From a virus, in the IMG/VR virus record IMGVR_UViG_3300007345_000001: 64,000 nucleotides of DNA; one strand, given 5' to 3'. The translations under genes and the position numbers were made by a program. This document shows, piece after piece, positions 51,801 through 58,907 of this stretch. Positions within the stretch are counted from its first letter, which is position 1, and every line of letters starts with the position of its first letter. The notes under the pieces are model-generated. The model was not told the DNA's origin. It worked only from the letters and a program-made list of their open reading frames with translations, and did no database searches.

Positions 51801-53575
51801 TGATATACTTCAGGAATAGTTTCAAACAAAACTTTTTGTGGTCCTTGTACTAAACCACCCATTAAGAAACCAGACATAAATACTTCTGCTCCTTGTGCAG
51901 ACATCTGACTCTTTAGTCCACTTCTAATGGACTCATACATAAGATCTGTTTGATTAGCTTGAGGATTATCTAATAACTTAGTATAGTAATTTACCACACC
52001 TACAGCAACACCTTCTTGGTAAACTTCTTGCACACCTTCACCTAAAGAAGCAGCAGAATATCTCAATAAGTTATGAGCTGTTCCTTTACCAATACCTATA
52101 GCTCTAAGTTTTTTGAATCCGAAAAGTTTACCTAATACTGATTTAGCACCAACATTCTTAAATAAATTTCTAGCTGCTTTACCTGTTGCTGCATCTCTAA
52201 CTGGTTTACTTTTTATAAAGTTCTTTGCAAATCCGGGTAAACTCTTATTAAAGATTCTTCTTAATGTGGGAGAAAAACCAGATAGTGCTGTACCAAGAAC
52301 AAGTTTATTTGTTGCATAAATAAATGGTGCATTTAATAAAATTGTAGTTGCAGCAGCATCTAACGCAGCTTTATTAATTTCTTCTAGCTCTTCAATTGTA
52401 GCTAACTGACCATTATTTTTAGCAAGATGTTCAGCGTATACGTCAGAATAAACTAAACCACCTTCCATTTTAGCTTCACTCATGGCTAAGTTAATAGCTC
52501 TAAGATCTCTATAGAAAGCACCATATGTAGCACCTTTAGCTAATACTTCTAAACCTTGAATTGTATTTTCACCTGTTTTAAAAGCTTTTAATGTTGCTCT
52601 TAACTCTGGTGTAAAAATATCTCCAGCAAATCTTACCGTACCTATACCGGCAGCTCTAGCCGCAGTCCAAAAATCTTTTGCTTTATCAGCAGTTCTTAGT
52701 CCATCAAGAATTGATGAAGTAGTTTTAAGTGCTCTTCTAACGTCAAACATATTACCCAGAGCTTTCATACCTCTACCAAAATTGTAAAGAGTTCGTCCTA
52801 GAAAACCAACACCAGTTCCTCCGCCAGTAGCTGCAGTAGCTGCTGCTAGTGCAAGTTCTTCAGCAGCAATACTACCAATAATACCAACCGTATAACCAGA
52901 CTGAAGAAAAAGATTAGTTCCAAATCCTGATAAACCACCTCTTGTACTTGAACCTAATCTATTTGCCTCTGCAAACTCCATTGCAGATTGATAATCACCA
53001 GTTTTAAAATAACTATCATCACTAAACAAATCTGCAATAGCTCTATATCCAGACATAAAACCAGTACCTACACTATCTGCCCAAGGACCCCAAGCTCTTT
53101 GAAAATCTGACCATCCTGATGTATTAGCATTATAATATGCTTCATTATCTCTAGCAGGATTCCACCCTAATTTATTAAAGTCAGGATGTAATGCTATTCT
53201 ATCATAGCCGGATGATCTAGAACCAGATATGATTGGATCTTGTATTTGAATATTTTCTGATTGTCCTGATAGAAAAGGATTAGGACTATTAAATACTTTT
53301 GAAAAACCCTCAAAAGAACTAAAATTTTTAGTTGAGTTTTGAGGCATATTGTTTGGAACATTTGCTAAATACAAAGACTTAGTAATATCATTGACAACAG
53401 GTGCAATGGCATTCAATTCTTTCATGTACTCATCCATACCTTGAACGCTTTCTACGTCAAAGTCTTTATCAAACATTTCTTCTACCGGTGTAAACTCAAA
53501 ACCGTTTGGATTGTAAAATGGTTCAGTTTGTATGTTTGACTCTGGAGTGTTGGCTACTTTTTTGTCAATGCTCAT
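39839..53575 (-). CDS. Giant polyprotein (4578 aa) containing a beta-prime-like DPBB RNA polymerase catalytic motif; putative virion-packaged RNAP
   Basis: FAVRIPSQDKHSAMAVRLVDF...EISGADFDIDKVY (D3606/D3608/D3610, nt 42746-42760) parallels bacterial beta-prime NRAPTLHRLGIQAFEP...NADFDGDQM. It also has HEAFH at aa 2127-2131 and Gly-rich hydrophobic segments near aa 214-260. Confidence 0.65.
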   Translation of the reverse strand: MSIDKKVANTPESNIQTEPFYNPNGFEFTPVEEMFDKDFDVESVQGMDEYMKELNAIAPVVNDITKSLYLANVPNNMPQNSTKNFSSFEGFSKVFNSPNPFLSGQSENIQIQDPIISGSRSSGYDRIALHPDFNKLGWNPARDNEAYYNANTSGWSDFQRAWGPWADSVGTGFMSGYRAIADLFSDDSYFKTGDYQSAMEFAEANRLGSSTRGGLSGFGTNLFLQSGYTVGIIGSIAAEELALAAATAATGGGTGVGFLGRTLYNFGRGMKALGNMFDVRRALKTTSSILDGLRTADKAKDFWTAARAAGIGTVRFAGDIFTPELRATLKAFKTGENTIQGLEVLAKGATYGAFYRDLRAINLAMSEAKMEGGLVYSDVYAEHLAKNNGQLATIEELEEINKAALDAAATTILLNAPFIYATNKLVLGTALSGFSPTLRRIFNKSLPGFAKNFIKSKPVRDAATGKAARNLFKNVGAKSVLGKLFGFKKLRAIGIGKGTAHNLLRYSAASLGEGVQEVYQEGVAVGVVNYYTKLLDNPQANQTDLMYESIRSGLKSQMSAQGAEVFMSGFLMGGLVQGPQKVLFETIPEVYQRKRNPEAYKKYQENMEKFEARVNEVGNDIQDNPFDYFNDKRLHLFFQKDTQEDAERNLFEADPMGFYDAKDASAFMNRYFMMSSGTESLYLEQLEDISKLSKEELKEMFPQFEDIIEPGKGQEYIQRSIDDLKKFTKEYQASYDKIVNPYNFKQYKKGSREYNQTRQKHLAVEHARLLYLFAGDSFAQALNRRDKLNNYLKTSGVMGDQLDTDDLTVLLSTDSIDAENKLLLQEVQVLNQAEEKDEKLIKEKEDKLIALAGYRAALENIYDEESGVYDREKLEALRKPLVQYLEKLAENKGGFVKEDLIDEVLYALVDHNNLDKRAQLYSRTVSLFSNPDKVTDIIDRIGDHLKVVFDNNKAQFEKNVKGAVEDAEANQVVSQFKELGVYPDAAQVLEFLKTKDVSKLKDFYTENGKVFPQADPELWSKIQAILNNYTQTKEDLAKAKQEKAEAKKDTATPEEAFDEIDSQEIPDDLQAEMDEAPDANLLVEDQSPFAQEILLNLYAKYKLDQFSKGEEYLPLDEWVNSREGRGAVKALEKLKKMWYVSLTKSNLTEEQIEKAYKEDDGFQSWLMSQKEDPLVSRALMLGGIRFSDVEMDTTGVGLDSVVEDDPNKRWIQKGPGINILERRVGDPTSEEDQQIMYTLTDNNGVQLSQQELDRAGVSKANEISLDKAVESYKKLLQNRPEDSTYEFDGIELKYLDEVEDAQGNKFIVLGTSVSTDKGAKLKLLRFEDRELQGQEREAASFFAEETSFSDLYSKVEQSFKGVTFTENMSKLDPKDMSALYGRRFEGDTEKGINPNERLARALSVLSEEDLAKATIVIIRNDRREPIKLQIGITPENAFVNDNGDKYHIEIVLEQDAANKVQQALEDSIYAYPEDFGGSIGFIANDQYSFTGVKGKEINISAIEDSKIERYITPEGVSAADLKNAAAQQAYFIGKVDELMKDSNNKAFKMAEFREATDFDIVLTNGKFEQGKEPVSLEELDHNTFDGNMIIMINTKQKGGGLGLSYVTNLEDDAEFINGVEAQLKAQSVSGGQSNMFNEARTLGRYVAIIKSPNGAITLAQLKQAPYSQEERVTLYKELIEKAQEVKDGKVEKKDLYAWNDSFNAKFYIPINPNLSPAFLDLKVDLKGNIVLRIKVGKSAPTAFISQVKITPQQLDEYAKDPATLASLFTKLSNNPAVKQFNESSPYKLNFTEESLLQVFPIDAAIDEIVGKTKTDLDRRVRFGQKVYMTTSADLSSAEKIVNNSVEDTTSDEYAEFVNTGNVSQETLERIADLIQKGDQLSDEKDIAIFNAKTAEINKILEERKRVEDLKENTDLQTMDDALYEEFKKNDFQDISSDITRGIAAKVVSEGRDSLTDREAEVLKSREDIEALIAMASMQSSTPTEESTLDKQIEEAEQELEKEKALIEAEWAKTKKNRRVLKRESESYQAALNKLRALEKKRNDLNAFKVLDPTESFGEEYTLESFLVWAKENLPEFIQVRDLDELHTRLTERGIQVGQFTMYLKRLAGNLDIEGTIYTGVGNSYRYHEAFHAVYRLLLTDEEQAKLRRLAKDEVRKKFKTREAYLNELSRFKNLHPKYRAMSSKDLENEYLEEYMADEFEKFKTNPRDTKTNSAIKSFFNRLLQWIRSVLKGYRGNELTNLFEAIDSRKFKNAAIQDNIYTRGLQNDVIVDTFKIIPYEVISGDKMTSAKYLDPSTANLLIRMIGNTYVERRQDTKYGELNDKDLLGTIIDKYGELYNPEQEKYNSLSEKDFDKLENIYDALIMNEGEAVADAVEQHLDIVNIKIEEQEDEVDQLEDEFGPRRVGDYNKDANQFGGYASASKNIRMFIASVAIDSKDMFGNVELLDGQKIKVPVDHIDVYNGLMLAAMNKTNTADILKAMYIFSRRNEHSGAVVDEFFRRTGIDAETLMESNELPKKIKKSKLFNEFVTTFTNSRVDYIFHFEQEDNASNVAIFSASNRDAANSQIDYWKKGFNDKFELFRTNRQKLNEAISVVNALDKLLNKKTITNKLLSSESNRLSKEIFDKLGIKLSPLYLEISIASSLSGVRTKYQEQLVQLGSDKRLMTSEDSNILVNMLSAEEIIVNGKKKTNIPKPQNLFIDDQGAGMSSRLKSIALGNALFDESVGNTVFEDPNGNLVYAHQNQTYHLKRINELNEADTISDLSEQFELNSLLNNPIFRQMSKDNQLGIIRVAGLNAGKIKTNEEDNTLEDYTPSMGQTYGDFKSVDFIRVLINLYVADYNTKSGKNNIIEAEGQSAATAPVLIRILESANTNDMISLPVNTTIQDGKITESTIDVFTDIIEKEYNIIRDNFEAGLGAIKNYNDTDQGNGFKFFKADNLISLETKADLIAKAKKGVQWKDISRDDIAKEVGQVLEATAQDFVNLVKASGINVSSLIQGNFAQTDSTEKAMAELNLVRNNVEQNLKQIFLNNWMNTLAINELILGEEARLFKDAVVDPIKRAKMQNAAHDSVAFDVIPEEEVGIEHTLGDESIALMTITDPAFEQRYTNGAVPGNRKGDKADAQTYVTAKGARYFAYGLGQLNEEFAEMLDKIERGEEITSEDWFGKYQPANAYLNSKKYVYGDGQTFLKMSTVVLTKEETSIEVDGVLRPRPGMEELHYMRENMEAFEAENQGKVAIVAPTSAVKMLKQNILPVETLSGSRNVITQDEVTLLNARDFGRQMINPSNKLEITIPTQIKSLITSEQYQGEDFKVRIAGEDLSMNDVREEYHRLVAAGVRFDYAQKRNLIFDLLPHIDGNIVNELERSGSIEPNLATFIRTAQANLKASAAGSNMIEFFADENGQAKYELNNTLTIPKFEQFFLAYFSKKVLAQKTPGMSLALKSDFGKGVIRKVYSLDAEGNIDKQEVIRRKNFDKSGQSVTIDIRTEEGMQELRDALANNPGQSVTVIDRLRINLPEYDKVTEDPSTWVKTNVRYAEAIIPAHYKEVMDLIENKNVPIPDVIAKMFAVRIPSQDKHSAMAVRLVDFDPVYNGSTGVFPEELIEISGADFDIDKVYTAIKEWYVKEGKFIEYGSRTGQEGFEDYVNYTNKKVAKKGSYLYDAALKYDQGGLVSIDKSFEKSEEIELENLGYSEDAIHALYVLNLPKTLAEYNKYVKDSGLEPYRAPMINRILDMNFALQGNTKLTESETGVPISYQPADVEALKEEWNTLSEQFPFLKALTLEEGISIDNLIGQYFTHKNVKENANLIGAVVPPNVIFNFLKEQGVSLRKEFGAFNINGKPYNKLVDNEEGLKELRRSQYIISNLISAATDDAKERLLSKLGYVKKAIKTVETMVAYGVPLHTATMLINTDSIRKIISEDTYAGELKLAIAELVNKGIEPVAVTTKSIEKAMVAGEASEAELLGIYYLMNKVNTVVSFADEMISIFRLNNGFGKDFSALRDRQQNIDALGLYVKGDVFKEMRYRGAPMPMDLRKAFGINTPMNEPTSHFIGEYLRINKEFTESILPQIFLTQTPEFKEMYESVMSYTYAQLNARGSKLKTKIYKDILAYITLKAYMKQVFETEAGAVIGASLSNEFIYPGESSFNINKVITDLRAKYQDRDNYFLDYFLYNRPFDSADNKTGMNTIVTNSFGKLSDNEKVRIQNGFQSLYGERETRADAMHILHYIMIKDGLQYDFGSVLDAITPFGLEKYLQASKNAFAAFKGDKSFEDVFGMSFIELSNELASNYGESTSHARNIAAVSEKSLAQNKHSITKIDKGASIVIQRQQRSDAPKLGFPRFMQIKDFVTGGSTYYRLTQAGDVNGKETTSIDINSTSGRVIADKVTYERFVPKGSFKQSAIGFMFDNENFSRPTLDKLQVGENREMFEDPFGGIDPMDVDDFAALEDFAYDQNTLAKLEAFNQGDRTATEKGIEIDGVNIADAKAPAGIEDATSKLEAFIQQEKQVEDPIQEIEEGEQLELNLDVDPLQEFYEIIKTQDVDVEALQDAGISINSLESFRKSFESSKFTNEEEFTEHIKKCYLK

Positions 53576-56500
53576 TTTTTAATACCGTTTTTTTTCTTCC
53601 AAGCTTTCTGCTGCTCTATATTCTGTTTATATATTTCCTCCATAGTTCTTCTATAGTGTGCAGCATATCTATCAATATTTGCTTTAGTGACGGGCTGCCC
53701 TTCATCATTTACAATTATAGTAGGACTCTGTATACCAGCGGTTTCAAATAAACCTGTTTCAGGATTTACTTTCATCATTTCCATAGCTACGTAATATAAA
53801 CCACCATCATTAAATATTTTAAAAGAACCTGCTTTATTTGATAAAAGATTATAATTATAAACCTTTTCATCACTCATATTTATTTGAAAATCTATAGCAG
53901 AGAAATTATAATTACCAGCTGCTCTTGGATTCATGTCTTGATCCATAGGTACAAGCATTGTTATTTCAGAATATTTAACAATATCACTTGTGCTAATTTC
54001 TTTAGTAATTTTATTTTGTTTATCAGGAGTATCTGCAAATTGTTGTATCTGATCTCTGGTTAATTTTAAGGTGTAAGAAGCATATGATTCACCATCAACA
54101 GTCTTAACGGGATTATATGTAATATCATAAAGTAAATTTTTTGAACTTGCTTTATCAGGTGTTAGCATTGCTCTTTTTGTATCTAACAAAGTTTTCTCAA
54201 AAATGTAAGCTGCAGTTGGATCATTTTCTGCTTCTACTTCTTCAGCAGTAGAAGCTCCTGTAGCTACAATAATTTTGTTAGCTGTTTCATTATGTTGTTT
54301 AACTAAGTTCATCAACATACTAACCGCATCAGGATTATTTAAATTTTCTACATTAAATGTTTCTTGATAACCTCTATAAGTATACAACTCAGATGCATTC
54401 ATTTGATCTAAAGGAACACCTCTAAAATATGCATCAGCAGAAAAAGGTTGTGTTACTCTTGCTCCACCAAGAGATGTATTAACGGCTTCATTTAAAGAGC
54501 CACCTAATGCAGCATATTGATCATCATATAGTTTATCTGCCTCTCGTCTTGCAGCATCTTCATCAAAATATGTAACATATGTATAGTTATGTGTAAAGTC
54601 ACCACCAGCACCCTTACGCATGCTTGTACTTGCATCATATCTTCTTTCTCTTACCATGTAAGCATCATCATCTATGCCTCTGATTGCTTTATTTCTAACT
54701 CTACTTACATAAATATCTTGAAACTCTGTTTTACTTAATAATCTAGGTTTAAATTCTGATCCACCAGCTCCAGAAACCGCATCAACTTGTCCTAAAAGAA
54801 CAGCTTTAGGATCTGCTGTAATAATTGAAGGAACACCATTATTAAGTTGACTATTAATTTCTTTACCCTTATCTGTTGTCCTTATTCTTTTCATATTATC
54901 AAAAAGAACTTGACTATAAGTTTCTTCATAATCAAGAGACATGCTTTCACGCGCTCTAATATTTTCTTGAGCACCTGTAAGAGCTACATATGCTGGAAGC
55001 TCACTTGCTTTAGGATTAGTTTCTGGTAATGTTTCTAGTTTTAGTTTAGAATCTTTATATAATGTTGAAATAGCAGGACTATTAACAAGAGTACCACTTT
55101 CATCTTTTTCTAATAACTTTGATCTAATTTGATCATAACTCCCAGTATAGTCTGTACCATCTGCAAGCTTTATAGTCATTCTATTAAGATCAACATCTTG
55201 GATACTCTTACCTGTCTTAGATAATTTATCCATCTCTGTGATAAAAGCAACTTGCTCTTCCAGAGTTTTATTTGCAAAGTTTGCAGCATCTTCTGCATTT
55301 CTTGCTATTGGATCTTCTGCTTCCTCAAACTGAGTTGACTGAGCATCTAATGGAGCATTTCCTCCCCAAATCATATCAACTAAATTAGCAATAGCACCTT
55401 CTTTAGTTGATGGATCTATCTTAGCTTTATGCTCAATCTCTTTCATTTTATTAAGATGACGTTGATTGATTTCTGCCATATCATATATGTGCTCAATCTC
55501 CATCTTCTTATATGGGTTAGCTTCTAGAGTTCTTTCATAATCACGCATACTATATGCTTGAGCAGCACCAAGTATATCACTACTAATATTGTAACTCATA
55601 AGAAGATTATATGCCTTTGATAAAAGATCATCATCCAAAGATGTATTATCTAATCTTTGCATATCCTCTTCATTTCTTTGTAATGCGCCATTTAACTTAT
55701 CATAGTGTTCTAGTGCATCCATCATTGCTTTAGCTTCATCACTGCCTGGTACTATACCTTCTTCTTTCTCATAAGCCTCCCAGTTTTCTTTTGTATCTAA
55801 AGCATCTTCAAACTGACGTTTAAGAATTTCATTTGCTGTAGCATTTCTTTGTGCTAAGTCTTGTAGTGTTTGACGTGCCCAAGCATTCTGACCTTCTGAT
55901 ATATTTGCATATTGTCCTGATTCTACACCAGCTTCAGCAAAACTTCTTGATTGTACGTAACCACTAGCTCTATATGCATCAATCACTCTTGGATCTTCCA
56001 AAAGGGTTTTCTGTAAATAGTTATATGCACCAGGCACTTGCTGCTGGCCATTCTTTTCAGTAATAATCCAAGCCCCATCATCAGAAGGAATATCAATCTT
56101 TACATCCTCAAAACCCGCTTCTTCAAGAAGCTTTGTTGACATGGCCATAAGATCTACATTCTCTACATAAGTGGGTAGTGCTTGTTTTAAAGCTCCATCT
56201 CTATCAGCAGTTTTAAAGTCTTCCATTTGATAATTTAAATACTGCATACCTGTACCCCAGTATTTCTTTCTTTGATCTAAATTATCTGAGTCTTTATAAA
56301 CCTGTGCCAATTGTACATTCTTCTTAAACTGTTTTGTGTAAACAAGATCTTTTACAATAAGATCATCTTCATAGAATGGTTTAAATAGACCTTGTGCAGC
56401 ATCAACATTTTGACGCAAGGAAAGGTCCATACCAGAAATTTGTTGAATTTTTGGAGCAAGTTGGTTTGCATACTGATCTCTCATCTCAGTGGTATCTTGT

Positions 56501-56670
56501 CTTGATAAGTCTGCATATACAACTCTACCATACAAATCACTTAATTGTTTATAATTTGTATCATAACGGTCTTGCCTAACATCTAATACATTGGATAAGA
56601 ATTTATAATCCGGTGTAAAAGGTTGGGTTTCCCTTGCGTATATTTGACTTCCTGGTACGTAAGTTGCCAT
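53572..56670 (-). CDS. Large virion-module protein (1032 aa), function unknown
   Basis: Uninterrupted ORF whose TGA overlaps the ATG of the 4578-aa gene (ATGA). Confidence 0.6.
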   Translation of the reverse strand: MATYVPGSQIYARETQPFTPDYKFLSNVLDVRQDRYDTNYKQLSDLYGRVVYADLSRQDTTEMRDQYANQLAPKIQQISGMDLSLRQNVDAAQGLFKPFYEDDLIVKDLVYTKQFKKNVQLAQVYKDSDNLDQRKKYWGTGMQYLNYQMEDFKTADRDGALKQALPTYVENVDLMAMSTKLLEEAGFEDVKIDIPSDDGAWIITEKNGQQQVPGAYNYLQKTLLEDPRVIDAYRASGYVQSRSFAEAGVESGQYANISEGQNAWARQTLQDLAQRNATANEILKRQFEDALDTKENWEAYEKEEGIVPGSDEAKAMMDALEHYDKLNGALQRNEEDMQRLDNTSLDDDLLSKAYNLLMSYNISSDILGAAQAYSMRDYERTLEANPYKKMEIEHIYDMAEINQRHLNKMKEIEHKAKIDPSTKEGAIANLVDMIWGGNAPLDAQSTQFEEAEDPIARNAEDAANFANKTLEEQVAFITEMDKLSKTGKSIQDVDLNRMTIKLADGTDYTGSYDQIRSKLLEKDESGTLVNSPAISTLYKDSKLKLETLPETNPKASELPAYVALTGAQENIRARESMSLDYEETYSQVLFDNMKRIRTTDKGKEINSQLNNGVPSIITADPKAVLLGQVDAVSGAGGSEFKPRLLSKTEFQDIYVSRVRNKAIRGIDDDAYMVRERRYDASTSMRKGAGGDFTHNYTYVTYFDEDAARREADKLYDDQYAALGGSLNEAVNTSLGGARVTQPFSADAYFRGVPLDQMNASELYTYRGYQETFNVENLNNPDAVSMLMNLVKQHNETANKIIVATGASTAEEVEAENDPTAAYIFEKTLLDTKRAMLTPDKASSKNLLYDITYNPVKTVDGESYASYTLKLTRDQIQQFADTPDKQNKITKEISTSDIVKYSEITMLVPMDQDMNPRAAGNYNFSAIDFQINMSDEKVYNYNLLSNKAGSFKIFNDGGLYYVAMEMMKVNPETGLFETAGIQSPTIIVNDEGQPVTKANIDRYAAHYRRTMEEIYKQNIEQQKAWKKKNGIKK

Positions 56671-56728
56671 AATCTAATTTACTAAAATTTTTTAAGTTTT
56701 AAAAACTTTTTCTATACACTTATTTAGT

Positions 56729-58897
56729 TTAAGAACCAACCTTTCCCGTATAGAAGGGAACAATATACTTCTTGATCTCTTTACCTTTTTTACCATATCC
56801 CGTTGGCATACCAGATTCTCTAATCATCCTTAGTACATCTGAATAAGGATCAAGACCTTGTGTTGATACAGGCCCTGCCTTAGATCCATATTGCAAATCT
56901 AATATTTTATTTATATTAGAAGCATCAAGACCTCTACCTTGCATTTCAAGAGCTGCTTGTTCCATTTGCTCCATTTGACTTAATTGATTAGCTGCCTGTT
57001 TGTTTGCAACTAATGCTGGTAAATCACCACTTAAACCAATCATACCACCAGTAGTAGGATCAATGTTAAAATATGGATACAATGTATTTAAGTTGTAAGT
57101 ATTAGCCATGTTAGTATATGCATTGGCTTGTAAATCAGCCATTTGCTCTCTATCTAAGTTCTTCTCATCCATATAGTTTTGAAGAGTTAGTTGAGTATCA
57201 TCATATAACTTAACCTTTCTATCTCTTTGTTCTTTCTGAGCTCCTGATCTAAGCTGTGCATCCACCAGTTTACCTCTGTTCACTGTACCAATATTTCTAC
57301 CATGTACTTGAGCAAAGGTATTTGCATTAGCTCTAAGGCTATCACCTTGTGCTTTAGCCATTCTAGCACTCAAAGACTGAGGACCAGTAAATGAACCTAA
57401 AGCTTGAGCTGCAATATTAAACTGCTCATTAACATCAGCAAGTTGTCTTGTAGGTTCTTCAAGCACATAACCTGATTGAGGAATCTCAACAGCAGGTTGA
57501 TATGGTAAAAACATATCTCTGTCTCTCATTGCAAGAGCACCCATCTTTAACATATCTTGTATCCAAAATTTACCATCTTCAGGTGTATATGGAGGAGGTG
57601 TAGGTGGTGGTTTAGGACCTGGTGTTTCTTCTGGTGGTTCAGGTTTAATTGGTTCTTTAACCTGTAAGAATTGATTCAGTGTGTTATTACCGTAAAATCC
57701 TTCTGCTTTAGAAACAGTTCTGTTGTCAGCCCAGTTTGTTTTTTGATCAGGTCCGGTAGCTGTATATGATAAATAAGGTTCAGCATTATCCTTATCTGCT
57801 ATAGTAACAGCTTGGAAGAATAACTGATTTAATTTTGTATCACTATCATCAATAGTGTAACCTTCATAAATGTCAGGATATAATTCTCTTGCTTTATCAA
57901 ATAATGCTTGAGTATTTTTATTCTTTCTATCTCCACTACCTCTATCCAGTTCTTTTGCATATCTAAAATCATCTGGCATTAGATCTGCAATCATATAGTT
58001 GTTTTTCTGATATGCTAAGAATTTATTAAGCATATCATCTCTACTAGGAATACTAGTAACACCTTGAGCTTTGGCATTAGCTGCAAAAGCTTCATATGCT
58101 CTATCAATAGTTTTATTCCAGATATCATCACCAGAAGTAAACAATCTTTCTAGTTCCTGATATTGTTTATAATTATCACCTAAAGATCTACCACCTTCAA
58201 TACCGGAAACATCAAGTGTTCTACCACCACGTCCTCTTGAAGGAGAAGTAGATGAAGGAGTTACATTTGAAGAAGTAAAAGATTTATTTGTATTATTTTC
58301 ATATATATTTGGATCTTCTGCTGGTAATGGTTGTGCATTTAAACCACCTATTCTTGAATTTAATGGTGCAGAGTCAAATCTATTTATTACACCATCCCCA
58401 TCTGAATCATCTTCAGGATTAAGCAAACCTAAACCAAACTGCGCCTTTGGTAATTCTTTACCATAAGCAGCCATAGGTTGTTGTGGCATTTGACCAGCTT
58501 GTTCCATCATCTGTCTTAAAGCCATTACCTGAGCTTGTTGATTGGGTGGTAATGTTTCAAACATTCTTTGAGCAGCTTGTTGTGCTGTAATGTTTTCTAC
58601 CTTCTGTGTAAATTCAACAGGATTAATACCCATTGATACAAGGTATGGGTGTGAAGCTAAAGGCACACCGTCAGCAAAGTTTTTCTTTTGTTCTTGACCA
58701 AAAGCAAGTTTAGATAATCCCATAAGGTTTTTATCTAACATAAGTTCTGCACTCTTAACTTTAATAAGATCAGCATCTTGATTTTGCATAGCACCAATAA
58801 ATTCATTTAGTTGATACTTCTTAGATACTTGTGCTGGAGTCATTTTCTTTCTTGATTCAATACCAAACTCTGCAAGTTCTTGTCTGTTAAACTTCAT
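56729..58897 (-). CDS. Virion-module protein (722 aa with the corrected start) with a TSP3-like Ca-binding motif and a proline-rich linker
   Basis: The start is moved to the ATG at 58897 (MKFNRQELAEF), 10 nt after the upstream stop. It contains DDSDGDGVINRFD and PEPPEETPGPKPPPTPPPYTP. Confidence 0.6.
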   Translation of the reverse strand: MKFNRQELAEFGIESRKKMTPAQVSKKYQLNEFIGAMQNQDADLIKVKSAELMLDKNLMGLSKLAFGQEQKKNFADGVPLASHPYLVSMGINPVEFTQKVENITAQQAAQRMFETLPPNQQAQVMALRQMMEQAGQMPQQPMAAYGKELPKAQFGLGLLNPEDDSDGDGVINRFDSAPLNSRIGGLNAQPLPAEDPNIYENNTNKSFTSSNVTPSSTSPSRGRGGRTLDVSGIEGGRSLGDNYKQYQELERLFTSGDDIWNKTIDRAYEAFAANAKAQGVTSIPSRDDMLNKFLAYQKNNYMIADLMPDDFRYAKELDRGSGDRKNKNTQALFDKARELYPDIYEGYTIDDSDTKLNQLFFQAVTIADKDNAEPYLSYTATGPDQKTNWADNRTVSKAEGFYGNNTLNQFLQVKEPIKPEPPEETPGPKPPPTPPPYTPEDGKFWIQDMLKMGALAMRDRDMFLPYQPAVEIPQSGYVLEEPTRQLADVNEQFNIAAQALGSFTGPQSLSARMAKAQGDSLRANANTFAQVHGRNIGTVNRGKLVDAQLRSGAQKEQRDRKVKLYDDTQLTLQNYMDEKNLDREQMADLQANAYTNMANTYNLNTLYPYFNIDPTTGGMIGLSGDLPALVANKQAANQLSQMEQMEQAALEMQGRGLDASNINKILDLQYGSKAGPVSTQGLDPYSDVLRMIRESGMPTGYGKKGKEIKKYIVPFYTGKVGS

Positions 58898-58907
58898 CTT
58901 GCCTGTA

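Noticed and set aside
39839-53575. The giant ORF could instead be an N4-type virion RNAP, a T7-like single-subunit polymerase.
   Set aside because: I could not find the T7-family motifs in the expected order (the motif A Asp context, motif B R-x3-K-x6-7-YG, motif C HD). The R-x-P-S...ADFDxD arrangement is specific to two-barrel (beta-prime-like) polymerases. A profile search is still needed to settle this.
35654-53751. Many 60-117-aa plus-strand ORFs inside the giant minus-strand genes (for example 35654-35845, 35934-36287, 42726-42953, 49953-50264, 53506-53751). There are also same-strand alternative-frame ORFs such as 40102-40329 and 61937-62140.
   Set aside because: They are shadow ORFs of long, motif-bearing coding frames. 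Their translations are low-complexity (Ser/Leu/Phe/Ile-rich) and lack start-context or coupling features. The same reasoning applies to 965-1150, 1383-1586, 4305-4523, 4698-4910, 4895-5113, 6837-7067, 8042-8278, 10647-10865, 10849-11043, 15936-16148, 17229-17414, 19806-20117, 26468-26939, 27793-28077 and 29288-29560.
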